Source: an uncultured Pseudomonadales bacterium (GTDB lineage: Bacteria; Patescibacteriota; Microgenomatia; UBA1400; PJMF01). Taken from it: DNA of 64,000 bases. The notes beneath the pieces are model-generated. The model was not told where the DNA came from and searched no databases. It was given only the letters and a program-made list of their open reading frames with translations. The stretch is from the NCBI GenBank assembly GCA_964515115.1, contig CAZESB010000001.1:48292-112291 (forward strand). The letters are read 5' to 3'. A program made the translations under genes and the position numbers. Shown here piece after piece: positions 39,453 through 48,605 of the stretch (the first letter of the stretch is position 1; the number at the start of each line of letters is the position of its first letter).

Positions 39453-40712
39453 ATGAGCATTCAACCAGTCACTATTCGCAGTTTGATTATCGCCTTGTTG
39501 CTGGTGACGGCTGGGTTTTTTGCCGAGTACCGGTATGGTCTGGTAGAAAAATTTATCAGAGAAACGCCGGAGGCAGCGTTTTTGCAGCGACCTTCAGCCA
39601 GATCGCTGGTCACCAACACCGAAATTCCCGCTGACAAACAAAAAGATGTTTCTTTCCAAACTTTCTGGGAAGTTTGGAGTTACTTGGAGCGCGATTATTT
39701 GGAGCCTGGCGATATCAATGCCGAAAATATGGTCAATGGTGCTATTGCCGGCATGACCTCGGCGCTAGGAGATCCTTACACGGTTTATTTGCCGCCGGCA
39801 GATAACCAGCGCAGCGGCGAAGATTTGGCCGGGGCTTTTTATGGCATCGGTATTGAATTGGGCTATGTGGAAGGAATTTTGGCCGCGGTAGCCCCTCTGA
39901 GAGGAACGCCCGCTGAGACAGCTGGTATTCAGGCCGGCGACTTGATCATTAACGTCAAAGATGAAGCTAAAAGTATTGATGAAGACTCGACTCAGTGGTC
40001 GCTTAATAAGGCTGTTGACACTATTCGTGGTCCCAAAAACACGCCGATTACCCTGACTTTGGTGAGAGAAGGTGTGAATGAGCCGTTTGAGCTGACGATT
40101 CTGAGAGACGAGATTGTGGTTGAATCAGTGGAAGTAGAGTTTGTTGAGCATGCCGGTAAGCGGGTGGCTCACATCATGCTTTCTCGATTTGGCGAGAGAA
40201 CCAACGGTGAGTGGGATGCGGTAGTTAATGAAATTCTGAAAAATAGGCAAGGTCTGGATGGAATTATTTTAGACATGCGCAACAATCCGGGTGGCTTTTT
40301 TGACGGAGCGATTATTATTGCCTCTGAATTTATTGATTCTGGCGTGGTGGTGACACAAAAAGGCCAGTTTACCGAGCAAGATTACAACACCAGAGGCCGC
40401 GCCCGCCTGAGTTGGGCGCCGATAGAGGTGCTGGTCAACAAAGGCAGCGCTTCTGCTTCAGAAATTGTGGCCGGAGCCTTGCGGGACAGAAAAGACGCCA
40501 GGCTGATTGGCCAGCAGACGTTTGGCAAGGGCACGGTTCAGGATCGAAAAGAACTTTCTAATGGTGGTGGCTTACATGTCACTGTTGCTCGCTGGATGCT
40601 GCCGGGCGGAGACTGGATTCATGACAGTGGTATTCCGGTTGACATTGAAGTTGAGCAGGATTTTGAAACTGAAGTTGACGAACAGTTGCTGAAAGCGATT
40701 GAAGAATTATGA
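39453..40712 (+). CDS. ctpA: S41 carboxy-terminal processing protease
   Basis: GIGIEL PDZ, LDMRNNPGG, SASASEI, TFGKGTVQ. Confidence 0.93.
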   Translation: MSIQPVTIRSLIIALLLVTAGFFAEYRYGLVEKFIRETPEAAFLQRPSARSLVTNTEIPADKQKDVSFQTFWEVWSYLERDYLEPGDINAENMVNGAIAGMTSALGDPYTVYLPPADNQRSGEDLAGAFYGIGIELGYVEGILAAVAPLRGTPAETAGIQAGDLIINVKDEAKSIDEDSTQWSLNKAVDTIRGPKNTPITLTLVREGVNEPFELTILRDEIVVESVEVEFVEHAGKRVAHIMLSRFGERTNGEWDAVVNEILKNRQGLDGIILDMRNNPGGFFDGAIIIASEFIDSGVVVTQKGQFTEQDYNTRGRARLSWAPIEVLVNKGSASASEIVAGALRDRKDARLIGQQTFGKGTVQDRKELSNGGGLHVTVARWMLPGGDWIHDSGIPVDIEVEQDFETEVDEQLLKAIEEL

Positions 40713-41878
40713 ACATGCATTCAGTTCGATCTTTTATCATTGGTTTGCTGGTTTCGATTCTGTTTTTAGCCAGCTTTTTCCTGGGAGCAATAGCCGACCG
40801 AGTTTTTGTTTTAAAACCGCTGGATTTTTTGCTTAATCGGAGTGGGAGACTGGTGCAGAATCAGCAACAGCGGCCGCTGCCCAACTTGCGGGAATTACTG
40901 ACAGATGAGACTTATTTAGTGGCCACAGTGGCGGAAAATACCTCCGACTCGGTGGTGACAGTTGCTGTGAGAAGGCAAGAACAACAGCTTAATCCTTTTG
41001 GCTTTTTTGGTTTTGGCTTTGGTTTTCCCAGTGGAGAAGTGCAGGAAGTGCAGCGTGATATCGGCAGTGGTTTTGTAGTTGAGGGGAATCTGGTGGTGAC
41101 CAACAAGCACGTGGTGGCTGATGCCAGCGCCGCTTACTTGATCATTGATAATAACGACAATGAGTATCAGGTGGTGAATATTTACCGTGATCCTGCCAAT
41201 GATTTGGCTATTTTGCGAGTTGAGAATATCAACTTACCGGCTTTAACGCTCGGCGATTCAGATCAGATCAGGGTTGGTGAGCCGGCCATTGCTATTGGGA
41301 CAGCACTCGGGGAGTTTCGCCATACGGTTACTTCTGGGGTGATTTCTGGTTTGGGACGAGGGATTCAGGCAGGCAGTGCTTTTAGTCAGCTCGAAACACT
41401 AGAGGGAGTGATTCAGACTGATGCTGCTATCAATCCCGGTAACTCAGGTGGGCCGCTTTTAAATGCTGTCGGAGAAGTAATTGGGGTCAATGTGGCGGTG
41501 ACACAAGGAGCCGAGAATATTGGTTTTGCCATTCCGATTAATGTGGTCAAAGCTTCGCTCAATAATTTTAATGAAACCGGCCAGTTTGATCGGCCATTTT
41601 TGGGGGTGAGATATCAGCTTATTTCTGAGCAGGCAGCGGTGGCCAACGAAATTCCCCAAGGAGCTTATATTGCTGAAGTGGTGGCTGGTTCTGTGGCAGC
41701 CGAGGCAGGAATTGAGCCGGGCGATGTTTTGCTGAGTATTGATGGGGAGCGGCTGAATGAGGAGCGCGACCTGGCAGTGATAATTAACAACAAGCGGGTG
41801 GGACAGAGAGTGGAATTGGAGTATTGGTCGGAAGGGAGTCGGCTCAGGGCAACGGTGACGCTGAGGGCTTCAGAGTAG
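40709..41878 (+). CDS. htrA: HtrA/DegP-like serine protease with PDZ
   Basis: TNKHVV, DLAIL, INPGNSGGPL. Confidence 0.93.
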   Translation: MNMHSVRSFIIGLLVSILFLASFFLGAIADRVFVLKPLDFLLNRSGRLVQNQQQRPLPNLRELLTDETYLVATVAENTSDSVVTVAVRRQEQQLNPFGFFGFGFGFPSGEVQEVQRDIGSGFVVEGNLVVTNKHVVADASAAYLIIDNNDNEYQVVNIYRDPANDLAILRVENINLPALTLGDSDQIRVGEPAIAIGTALGEFRHTVTSGVISGLGRGIQAGSAFSQLETLEGVIQTDAAINPGNSGGPLLNAVGEVIGVNVAVTQGAENIGFAIPINVVKASLNNFNETGQFDRPFLGVRYQLISEQAAVANEIPQGAYIAEVVAGSVAAEAGIEPGDVLLSIDGERLNEERDLAVIINNKRVGQRVELEYWSEGSRLRATVTLRASE

Positions 41879-41882
41879 AGTT

Positions 41883-42881
41883 TTACTCAGTTGTGGTGTT
41901 GACCACTTCGGCTTCGGCGTCAGTTTTTCTCAGTGCTAGAATTAGCTCGGTGAACATTTCTTCAAGAAAACCGTTAAGGATTTCCGGCAAGTTGTGCCAA
42001 GATTGTTTGGTGCGGTGGTCGGTAATCCGGTTTTGGGGGTAGTTGTAGGTGCGGATTTTTTCACTGCGGCGCGCGCGCCCAATGGCGCTGCGCGCCTTCC
42101 CAATCTTGGCCAGTCTTTTTTCTTCTTCAATTTCCCACAACTGTGAGCGCAACAGCTCCAAGGCCAGCTTGCGATTTTGTTCCTGTTTTTTCTCCTGCCT
42201 GGAAGTGACCACAATGCCGCTCGGCAGATGAGTCAGCCGCACGGCGCTACTGGTTTTGTTAACACTTTGCCCACCAGCGCCGCTCGAACGCATAAACTGC
42301 CAATCTAAATCTTCATCACGAATCTCTACAGCATTAACCGCCACCTCAGGCAGAACCGCCACCGAACAAGTAGAAGTATGGATCCTGCCCTGAGCCTCAG
42401 TTGCTGGCACCCGCTGAACTCGGTGTACGCCGGACTCATATTTAAATAACTCGTAAGCCGTTACTTCAGGAATTTCCTCGGTCTGGAGTGCTGCCAGTTC
42501 CCGAGTTTTGCCTTGAACCTTAATCACCAAATCATCAATATAATGAAATTTCAGCCCTAGTTTTTCGATAAAGCGAATGTACATCCGCAAAATATCATTG
42601 GCCCAGATTTTGGCTTCATCGCCGCCGGCTCCGGGTCGCAGCTCAATAGTGCAGTTTACTTGTTGAGCATCGGCAGCCGTGCCTTCACCAGCGGCCAGAT
42701 TCTGCTCATACTCAAGCGCCGCCTTTTCCAGCGCCGCCTTTTGGATTTTCAGCTGGGCAATCTCGCCTTCAGCCAAAGCTTTCAGCTCTTCATCGCCAGC
42801 TTGTAGCAGCACCTCAGCCTCAGTTAGTTGCTGATTAAGATGGTCGATTTGATCTTGGTAAGGATTGAACATTGAACTCAT
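41883..42881 (-). CDS. prfA: peptide chain release factor 1
   Basis: VQRVPATE (PxT), GAGGQ, RTYNYPQNR. Confidence 0.95.
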   Translation of the reverse strand: MSSMFNPYQDQIDHLNQQLTEAEVLLQAGDEELKALAEGEIAQLKIQKAALEKAALEYEQNLAAGEGTAADAQQVNCTIELRPGAGGDEAKIWANDILRMYIRFIEKLGLKFHYIDDLVIKVQGKTRELAALQTEEIPEVTAYELFKYESGVHRVQRVPATEAQGRIHTSTCSVAVLPEVAVNAVEIRDEDLDWQFMRSSGAGGQSVNKTSSAVRLTHLPSGIVVTSRQEKKQEQNRKLALELLRSQLWEIEEEKRLAKIGKARSAIGRARRSEKIRTYNYPQNRITDHRTKQSWHNLPEILNGFLEEMFTELILALRKTDAEAEVVNTTTE

Positions 42882-42914
42882 AGCACTATTGTAGCAGGGC
42901 TTCAACAGGCTGAG

Positions 42915-43286
42915 CTATTCGGCTTTAGTTTGCTTAGCTTTATCCGCAGTAGGAACTTCAGTTTTGGCCTTTTCATCAGCTTTTTTAGTTTCCTGGCGCA
43001 GTTGAGTTTGTTGCTCACGCAGCAGTTCGCGGTAAGACTTAGGATCTGCAGCTTTAACCGATTTTTTGGCAGCTTTTCTTGGTTGAGCAGCGGCCATTTT
43101 CTTCTTAAACTTGTCAACCCGTCCCTGGCGGTCAATAAACTTGACTTCACCAGTAAAAAAAGGGTGGCACTTGTTGCAGATGTCCACTTCTAGAGTCGGT
43201 TGATTTGAGCCAATCACAAAAGTATTGCCGCAACTGCAGGTTACCTGGCAGTCACTGTACCAAGTGGGATGGATACCTTTTTGCAT
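42915..43286 (-). CDS. rpmE: 50S ribosomal protein L31 with long basic C-terminal extension
   Basis: [25 protein letters not shown]. Confidence 0.95.
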   Translation of the reverse strand: MQKGIHPTWYSDCQVTCSCGNTFVIGSNQPTLEVDICNKCHPFFTGEVKFIDRQGRVDKFKKKMAAAQPRKAAKKSVKAADPKSYRELLREQQTQLRQETKKADEKAKTEVPTADKAKQTKAE

Positions 43287-43380
43287 AATTTCTTTCTTCT
43301 ATCCTGAACAAGCAGTTATTGTACCACAAAAACTCGGGCTGTGGAGGCAAAAATTGGTAGTGGCGAGATTAGCTTTTCCC

Positions 43381-44328
43381 TCAACCGCGCAAGTAATTTT
43401 TTCTTTCTGCCACCAAAACCCCCACGAAAACTACCAGCAGCGAAACAATTTGCACCGGGTGAACACCTTCGTTCAGCATCAACATGCCCAAGGGCAGATA
43501 AATCAGCGGCTGCAAGTAATTAAAAAGGCTGGCTTCAGACGCCTCTAGCACTTCCATGGCCTTGATCAGCGCGGTGTAGCCAATAATCGAGCCAAAAGTA
43601 GCCATGTAAATTGCTGCGGTCACCACGCTGGGTGCGACTAGATCTGTTTGAATTGCCGCGGTCAGGGTAGGGAAGGAAAAACCGGCTTCCACCCAACTCA
43701 AAATCGCAAAACTCACCAGGCCAACATAAAAACTCAAGGAACTGGCCAAAAGTTTGGGAATTTGTCGGTAATATCTCTTGGTGAGCGGGTAGTAAAAACC
43801 GTTCAAAACCAGGCTGAAAATAACTAAAAAATTACCCAGCAGAGCAATTTCTCCCAGCGCCTCGTTTTCGGTGAAGAGCGGCACCAGCGACAGCACCAGC
43901 GTGCCCAGAAAAGCAATCGTCAAGCCCATCGACTCATTTTTCTCCAGTCTTTCCTTAAAAAGCAGCACTCCCACCAGGGTAATAAAAAGCGGCTGAGTAG
44001 TGCCAAGTAAAGAGGCCTCGATGCCGCTGGTCCGCTGCAGACCAGTGTACAAAAGCCAGAGGGTGAGGGTGGTGCCGAGCAACTCAATCAGGGTAATATG
44101 AATGATGTTCTTGATTGACGGCTTGGCTCGGTACCAAAAATAAAGCAAAATCGGCAGGCCGATAGCGGCCGCCAAGACGTAGCGGTAAAGCAAAAAGCGG
44201 TAGGGTGTAGTCACATCCAGGCCAGGTTTGACAATGATCAGCGCTGCACCCCAGGTAATAGTATTAACAATCATGAAGAGATAGGCGCCCAAACGGGATG
44301 GTGTTTTGAGTGATCGCTTTTTTGGCAT
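43381..44328 (-). CDS. EamA/DMT family transporter
   Basis: About 10 TM; ITWG, LYTGL, YLQP, MLNE. Confidence 0.88.
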   Translation of the reverse strand: MPKKRSLKTPSRLGAYLFMIVNTITWGAALIIVKPGLDVTTPYRFLLYRYVLAAAIGLPILLYFWYRAKPSIKNIIHITLIELLGTTLTLWLLYTGLQRTSGIEASLLGTTQPLFITLVGVLLFKERLEKNESMGLTIAFLGTLVLSLVPLFTENEALGEIALLGNFLVIFSLVLNGFYYPLTKRYYRQIPKLLASSLSFYVGLVSFAILSWVEAGFSFPTLTAAIQTDLVAPSVVTAAIYMATFGSIIGYTALIKAMEVLEASEASLFNYLQPLIYLPLGMLMLNEGVHPVQIVSLLVVFVGVLVAERKNYLRG

Positions 44329-44341
44329 CTGGAGTCGGCTT

Positions 44342-45589
44342 CTACCTGGCGGATAAAACCTGGCTAATCAATTCCTCAACTGTTAATAGTTCTTGGTCGC
44401 CGGTTTGCATATTTTTCAGGGCTACTTTTTCTGCTTCGATTTCCTGCTCGCCGACAATAGCCACAAAGGGAATTTTTTTCTGATCTGCCAGCTTAAATTG
44501 TTTGCCGAGTTTGTCCGGTTCAGGATAGATTTCTGTTTTAATACCAGCCGCGCGGAGCTTGCTAGCTAATTGCAAGGAATTTTCTGTATATTGCTCAGCA
44601 AAGAGAGTGATTAGGAGATCGGCACTGCGGTTATTGAACTCGAGGGTTTGGAGTTGCAGGGCGGCTTCAACAGTTCTGTCAAAACCAATGCCAAAGCCAA
44701 CCGCTGGCAGCCGTAGTCCGGAAAGGTTTTCTATGAGTTGATCATAACGACCACCACCACCCACAGAACCAACAGTGTATTCGGGAATTCTGGCTTCAAA
44801 AATGAGGCCAGTGTAGTAGTCCAAACCGCGAGCCAGCTTCGGGTTAAATTTGAGAGCTGATTCAGGTACACCCAGTGCTATAACATTGTTTGCAATTTCC
44901 AACAAATTGCTTGACATTTCAATGTTATTGAGAGCAATAAAAAGCTCATCAGCGGCGGCTTTGGTTAGGCCTTTGCCCATTAATTCGGCCGCAATTTCCG
45001 CCTCAGATTTTTTGTCTAATTTATCAACAGTTTGCACCAAAGAAAAGACATCAACAGTTTCATTAGCAAAGGGCGAGAGGGCGGTGAGCAGAGTTTGCCG
45101 GTCGTTGATTTCCAACACCACCGAACTCAAACCGAGCGAACGGAAAACTTCATAAAAAACCGCCAAAATTTCCGCATCCGCTACCGGCGAGGTAGTGCCA
45201 AAAATGTCGCAGTCGCACTGGGTGAATTCGCGATAGCGGCCACGCTGTGGTTTATCTGCCCGGAAAACATTTTGAATCTGGTAACGCCGGAAAAATTTGG
45301 GTAGCTGGGACTGATATTGGGCCAGCACTCGAGAAGACGGCACAGTCTGATCGTACCGCAAGCCAACCTTTCTCCCGCCTCTATCATCAAAAGTGTAGAC
45401 TAATTTATCTGCTTCCTGGCCGTATTTGCCCAACAGCAGCTCAGCATACTCAAGAGTAGGAGTTTCTAGAGGCTCAAAGCCAAACTTTTCAAAAACCTCA
45501 CTCATTTTTTTGGCCACAAAATCCCGAGCCCTTTTTTCTTCAGGAAGCAAATCGCGAAAACCTTTCAAAGTTTGTACAGTATTTTTCAT
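44342..45589 (-). CDS. hisS: histidyl-tRNA synthetase
   Basis: LRYDQT, FRADKPQRGRYREFTQ, RGLDYYTG, GGGRYD. Confidence 0.98.
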   Translation of the reverse strand: MKNTVQTLKGFRDLLPEEKRARDFVAKKMSEVFEKFGFEPLETPTLEYAELLLGKYGQEADKLVYTFDDRGGRKVGLRYDQTVPSSRVLAQYQSQLPKFFRRYQIQNVFRADKPQRGRYREFTQCDCDIFGTTSPVADAEILAVFYEVFRSLGLSSVVLEINDRQTLLTALSPFANETVDVFSLVQTVDKLDKKSEAEIAAELMGKGLTKAAADELFIALNNIEMSSNLLEIANNVIALGVPESALKFNPKLARGLDYYTGLIFEARIPEYTVGSVGGGGRYDQLIENLSGLRLPAVGFGIGFDRTVEAALQLQTLEFNNRSADLLITLFAEQYTENSLQLASKLRAAGIKTEIYPEPDKLGKQFKLADQKKIPFVAIVGEQEIEAEKVALKNMQTGDQELLTVEELISQVLSAR

Positions 45590-45654
45590 CTTTATCCTTT
45601 AATCTAATTATTGTAACATTTGCGGCCTTGTTTTTATGGAGCCTAAAGAGGAGG

Positions 45655-45685
45655 GCAACAAAAAACTCCCCTAAGGGAGTGTTTT
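45655..45685 (-). terminator. intrinsic terminator between the leader RNA and hisS
   Basis: Minus strand ACTCCC-TTAG-GGGAGT then TTTTTGTTG. Confidence 0.75.
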
Positions 45686-45690
45686 CAAAT

Positions 45691-45796
45691 TGGCCAAGGT
45701 ATATAATGTCAAGTTATATTAGGCACGGCAAACCACTCCCAGCTGATGGTTGGGATGATGGCAAACCAAGCTAATACTGTCAGTAATACAGGCCAT
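45691..45796 (-). other. structured leader/ncRNA containing a 25-aa His-containing uORF (45719..45796)
   Basis: Rod with G-U pairs favouring the minus strand; uORF MACITDSISLVCHHPNHQLGVVCRA. Confidence 0.55.
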
Positions 45797-45802
45797 ACTT
45801 TA

Positions 45803-45831
45803 ATTATGAGCCTATAATATGAAAATGTCAA
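45803..45831 (-). promoter_or_regulatory. sigma70 promoter
   Basis: TTGACA-17 nt-CATAAT on the minus strand. Confidence 0.75.
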
Positions 45832-45834
45832 GTC

Positions 45835-46239
45835 ATGCCAAATAAAAAGCCGAGTGCTTCGAGTCTCAAGGAATTAACCAAACTAATCGCTGTTTTTCGC
45901 GCTGAGCGCCACTGGAAGCGTTTCCGCAATTCTAAAGAGTTAATTTTGGGTTTATTTATCGAGACGGCAGAGTTGGCGGAACACTTTCAGTACCTCGAGG
46001 GCGAAGAGTTGCAGCAGCATATTGAACTTTTTAAGGATGATATCGGTGAAGAATTGGCCGATGTTTTGTACTGGGTGCTGTTGACTGCTCACGAGCTTGA
46101 GATTGATTTGGATGAGACTTTTCGGGATAAAATGAAGAAAAATGCCTTAAAATACCCGCGGCCGGAAGGTGGTGAAGAGGGTGAAGGCAAACTGGCCCAG
46201 CGCCGCCAGAAAAAAATGATGGCCAAGCGGCAGCTGTAG
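45835..46239 (+). CDS. MazG-like nucleotide pyrophosphohydrolase (DCTPP1/RS21-C6-like)
   Basis: ETAELAEHFQ, GEELADVL, KMKKNALKYP. Confidence 0.88.
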   Translation: MPNKKPSASSLKELTKLIAVFRAERHWKRFRNSKELILGLFIETAELAEHFQYLEGEELQQHIELFKDDIGEELADVLYWVLLTAHELEIDLDETFRDKMKKNALKYPRPEGGEEGEGKLAQRRQKKMMAKRQL

Positions 46240-46450
46240 AGGCTTATCTATTTCCTTTTTTTTCGAGCCCCGCTTTAGGTTTTGCTTCAAGCCTGCTTAT
46301 TTGGAGTTTTACTTTTTCAGTTTCTTTTTTTAAGCCTGTCTCTTTCTGCTGTTTCTTTGCAAAAAAAGATTCTACAGAATAAACAAGGGAGGTATGTCAA
46401 TGCCAATGCAATTCTTGCAACTTGTCACAAAACATGTTAATACGAAGTAT

Positions 46451-46645
46451 ATGTTAAAAACCCAACTGCATGTTCCAGAAAAACAGCTTAATTCTGCGAC
46501 TGCTTTGCTCAAGTTAAAAGCAATTGGTGAAAAAAATAATCTCCATGGTCCGAAAGATCTCTCTGAGAATATGGATGATTATTTATGGGGCAGGAAAGCC
46601 TGGCAGAGAAATAGTGGTAGTGGTAAATGCTACTGCAATTTTTAG
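46451..46645 (+). pseudogene. orphan antitoxin-like remnant
   Basis: MLKTQLHV start and GPKDLSENMDDYLWG tail; middle short; no toxin downstream. Confidence 0.45.
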
Positions 46646-46701
46646 TTTTGATAAGTTTTATAGCCAGCAAGGTTTTACTCTGGTTTCAGAGTTATAAGGA
46701 A

Positions 46702-46774
46702 GGGCCTGTAGCTCAGTTGGTAGAGCGCACGATTCGCATTCGTGAGGTCAGGGGTTCGACTCCCCTCAGGTCCA
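46702..46774 (+). tRNA. tRNA-Ala(CGC)
   Basis: Cloverleaf; G3-U70; loop TTCGCAT; GTTCGA T-loop; CCA not encoded. Confidence 0.95.
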
Positions 46775-47866
46775 CGTTAATTCTTCCACTTTCTTTCCCA
46801 ACAAAACCGTATTTTCGTGCCGATAACCAAACTCGCCGGTCAGATAAATGCCTGGCTCAATTGTCAAAACCATGCCAGGCTGGAGCGGTGTGTCGTTCAG
46901 CCAGCTCAGAGAAGGCTGTTCATGAATAGCTAAACCCAGCCCATGCCCGGTGGTGTGAATAAAATTCGGGCCATAGCCCTGGCTAGCGATATAATTGCGC
47001 ACTGCCCAGTCGAGGTCTTTGGCGCTCAGGCCGTCGCTCAGTTTGCCGCTACCAGCGTCACCAGCACTGCCACCCCCACCCAAATTGCCTAGCTTCTCCA
47101 AGGCCACTTGGTAGGCTGCCTGGACTACTTCCTCAATTTCAACAAATTTCTCAGCCGGCTGGTCGCCAAACCAAAAAGTTCGAGTCATATCGCTGCAATA
47201 GCCTTGGTAGGAAGCACCAATATCAATCACCACCGGCAAGTTTTTCTTCAGCTGAGCACCGGTAGGCTGGTGATGGGGCAGAGCGGTATGCTCGCCAAAA
47301 GCCACAATAGTAGGAAAAGCCGACGCCTCAGACCCCAGCGCTCGCAAACTTTCCTCCAGCATTTTCTTCACCTCCAGCTCAGTCATGCCTGGCTCCAGGC
47401 GTGCCATCACCTGCTTCAGGGCCTTCACCGTCATCTGACAGGCCATTTTAATGGCAGCAATTTCATCAGCGGTTTTCACCGACCGCAAATTCCAGATCAT
47501 AGTTCTATCCAGGCCAGTAATTTTTAACCCTCCAATCTCCCGTACCGCCTCCAATTCACTAACAAAAAGCGTGTTCTTATCAATCCACAACTCCCGAATT
47601 CGCTCTCTACCACTAATTTGCAGCAGTTTTTTCTTCAAAACCTCCGGTTGGCAGCCGGGAACGGCCTCAATTCCAACCTGAGCTTGAACGGGAGAAAAAT
47701 TGGCATGAAGCAGGGTGGCAGATTTTTGAGTCACCAGCAGCAGCGCCTCGCGTTCTTCAGGCACCAAAATTTCAAAATGGGCAAAATAGCGAATATCCCC
47801 AGTATTACTCAGCAACAAAGCCGTCCGAGGAGGAATTTTGGCTTGCAGTTTTTCCAGTTGGTGCAT
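46766..47866 (-). CDS. Xaa-Pro peptidase (M24)
   Basis: DIGA..Y.SDMTRT, HTTGHGLGL..HE, TIEPGIY, RHEN. Confidence 0.93.
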   Translation of the reverse strand: MHQLEKLQAKIPPRTALLLSNTGDIRYFAHFEILVPEEREALLLVTQKSATLLHANFSPVQAQVGIEAVPGCQPEVLKKKLLQISGRERIRELWIDKNTLFVSELEAVREIGGLKITGLDRTMIWNLRSVKTADEIAAIKMACQMTVKALKQVMARLEPGMTELEVKKMLEESLRALGSEASAFPTIVAFGEHTALPHHQPTGAQLKKNLPVVIDIGASYQGYCSDMTRTFWFGDQPAEKFVEIEEVVQAAYQVALEKLGNLGGGGSAGDAGSGKLSDGLSAKDLDWAVRNYIASQGYGPNFIHTTGHGLGLAIHEQPSLSWLNDTPLQPGMVLTIEPGIYLTGEFGYRHENTVLLGKKVEELTWT

Positions 47867-47873
47867 TGTTGGA

Positions 47874-48605
47874 TTAGAGATTTTCAGAGTCTAACTTCAA
47901 CGGAGCTAAAGATTTGATAGTGGTGGCTCGGGCAGTGCCTTCTTCATTTTCAAAACCGACCACTAAAATAGTCATATCGACGTCAAAGCCGCTCCAGGGA
48001 GCTTCGTTGCCTTGGAAATCTTGCAGCTCGGTCGTAGTGGCGACAGCAATAACGCGCTCACTGCTGCCATCGCGCGGGCTAATGGTCACCGAATTTCTGC
48101 TAATTTCCGTAATCGTACCCAAAACCACCACTTGAGGATCGGTCCGGAGAGACTCCGCAGAAACGACAATAAATTCCGGCGTAATGGTTTTATCATTAAC
48201 CGTGCCCATAATGGTCACCCAGTTATCAACCGCGATCTCACCCACGCTAATGGCGTTGCCATCTTTCATCAGCAGGGCGTTGGCCAGGGGAAAAATTTGT
48301 TGACCATCGGTATGGCGGATAGTCAACGCCTCATCAGTAATGCGCTGGACTTCGCCAATAATCGCTTTTTTGCCACCGTCAGTCACGCCCCTAACTTTAG
48401 TGGCAGTTTCCTTGACTAACTGCTTGATATTGTTGGTGACAGTTTCATCGACTGCTTCTTGGTCATCATTTTGCGCCGCTGAAGTTGTGGCATTAAAAAT
48501 AGTTTGCGCTGCTACCCGCTGCTGAATCAAAGTAGCGGTGAAGGCGGTGAGAATGAAAAAGGCCAGTAAGATCAGTGCTAGCTGAAGGGTGGGTAATTTA
48601 ATCAT
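47874..48605 (-). CDS. exported protein with two repeated beta (DUF5666/OB-like) units
   Basis: Signal anchor; repeated G.V..I....LTI / G.I.EI....VTI. Confidence 0.65.
   Translation of the reverse strand: MIKLPTLQLALILLAFFILTAFTATLIQQRVAAQTIFNATTSAAQNDDQEAVDETVTNNIKQLVKETATKVRGVTDGGKKAIIGEVQRITDEALTIRHTDGQQIFPLANALLMKDGNAISVGEIAVDNWVTIMGTVNDKTITPEFIVVSAESLRTDPQVVVLGTITEISRNSVTISPRDGSSERVIAVATTTELQDFQGNEAPWSGFDVDMTILVVGFENEEGTARATTIKSLAPLKLDSENL

Noticed and set aside
45722-45775. c-di-GMP-I riboswitch suggested by two GGCAAACC on the plus strand (similar GGTAAACTC near 32000)
   Set aside because: No GAAA tetraloop/receptor or proper P2 partner; G-U pairs, promoter and terminator favour the minus strand
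45600-45800. T-box riboswitch before hisS
   Set aside because: No GGTGGnACC T-box sequence or recognisable Stem I motifs
46627-46929. ORFs overlapping the tRNAs (46627..46929, 51572..51760) and the many antisense ORFs in the track
   Set aside because: Shadows of tRNA genes or of well-supported CDSs on other frames
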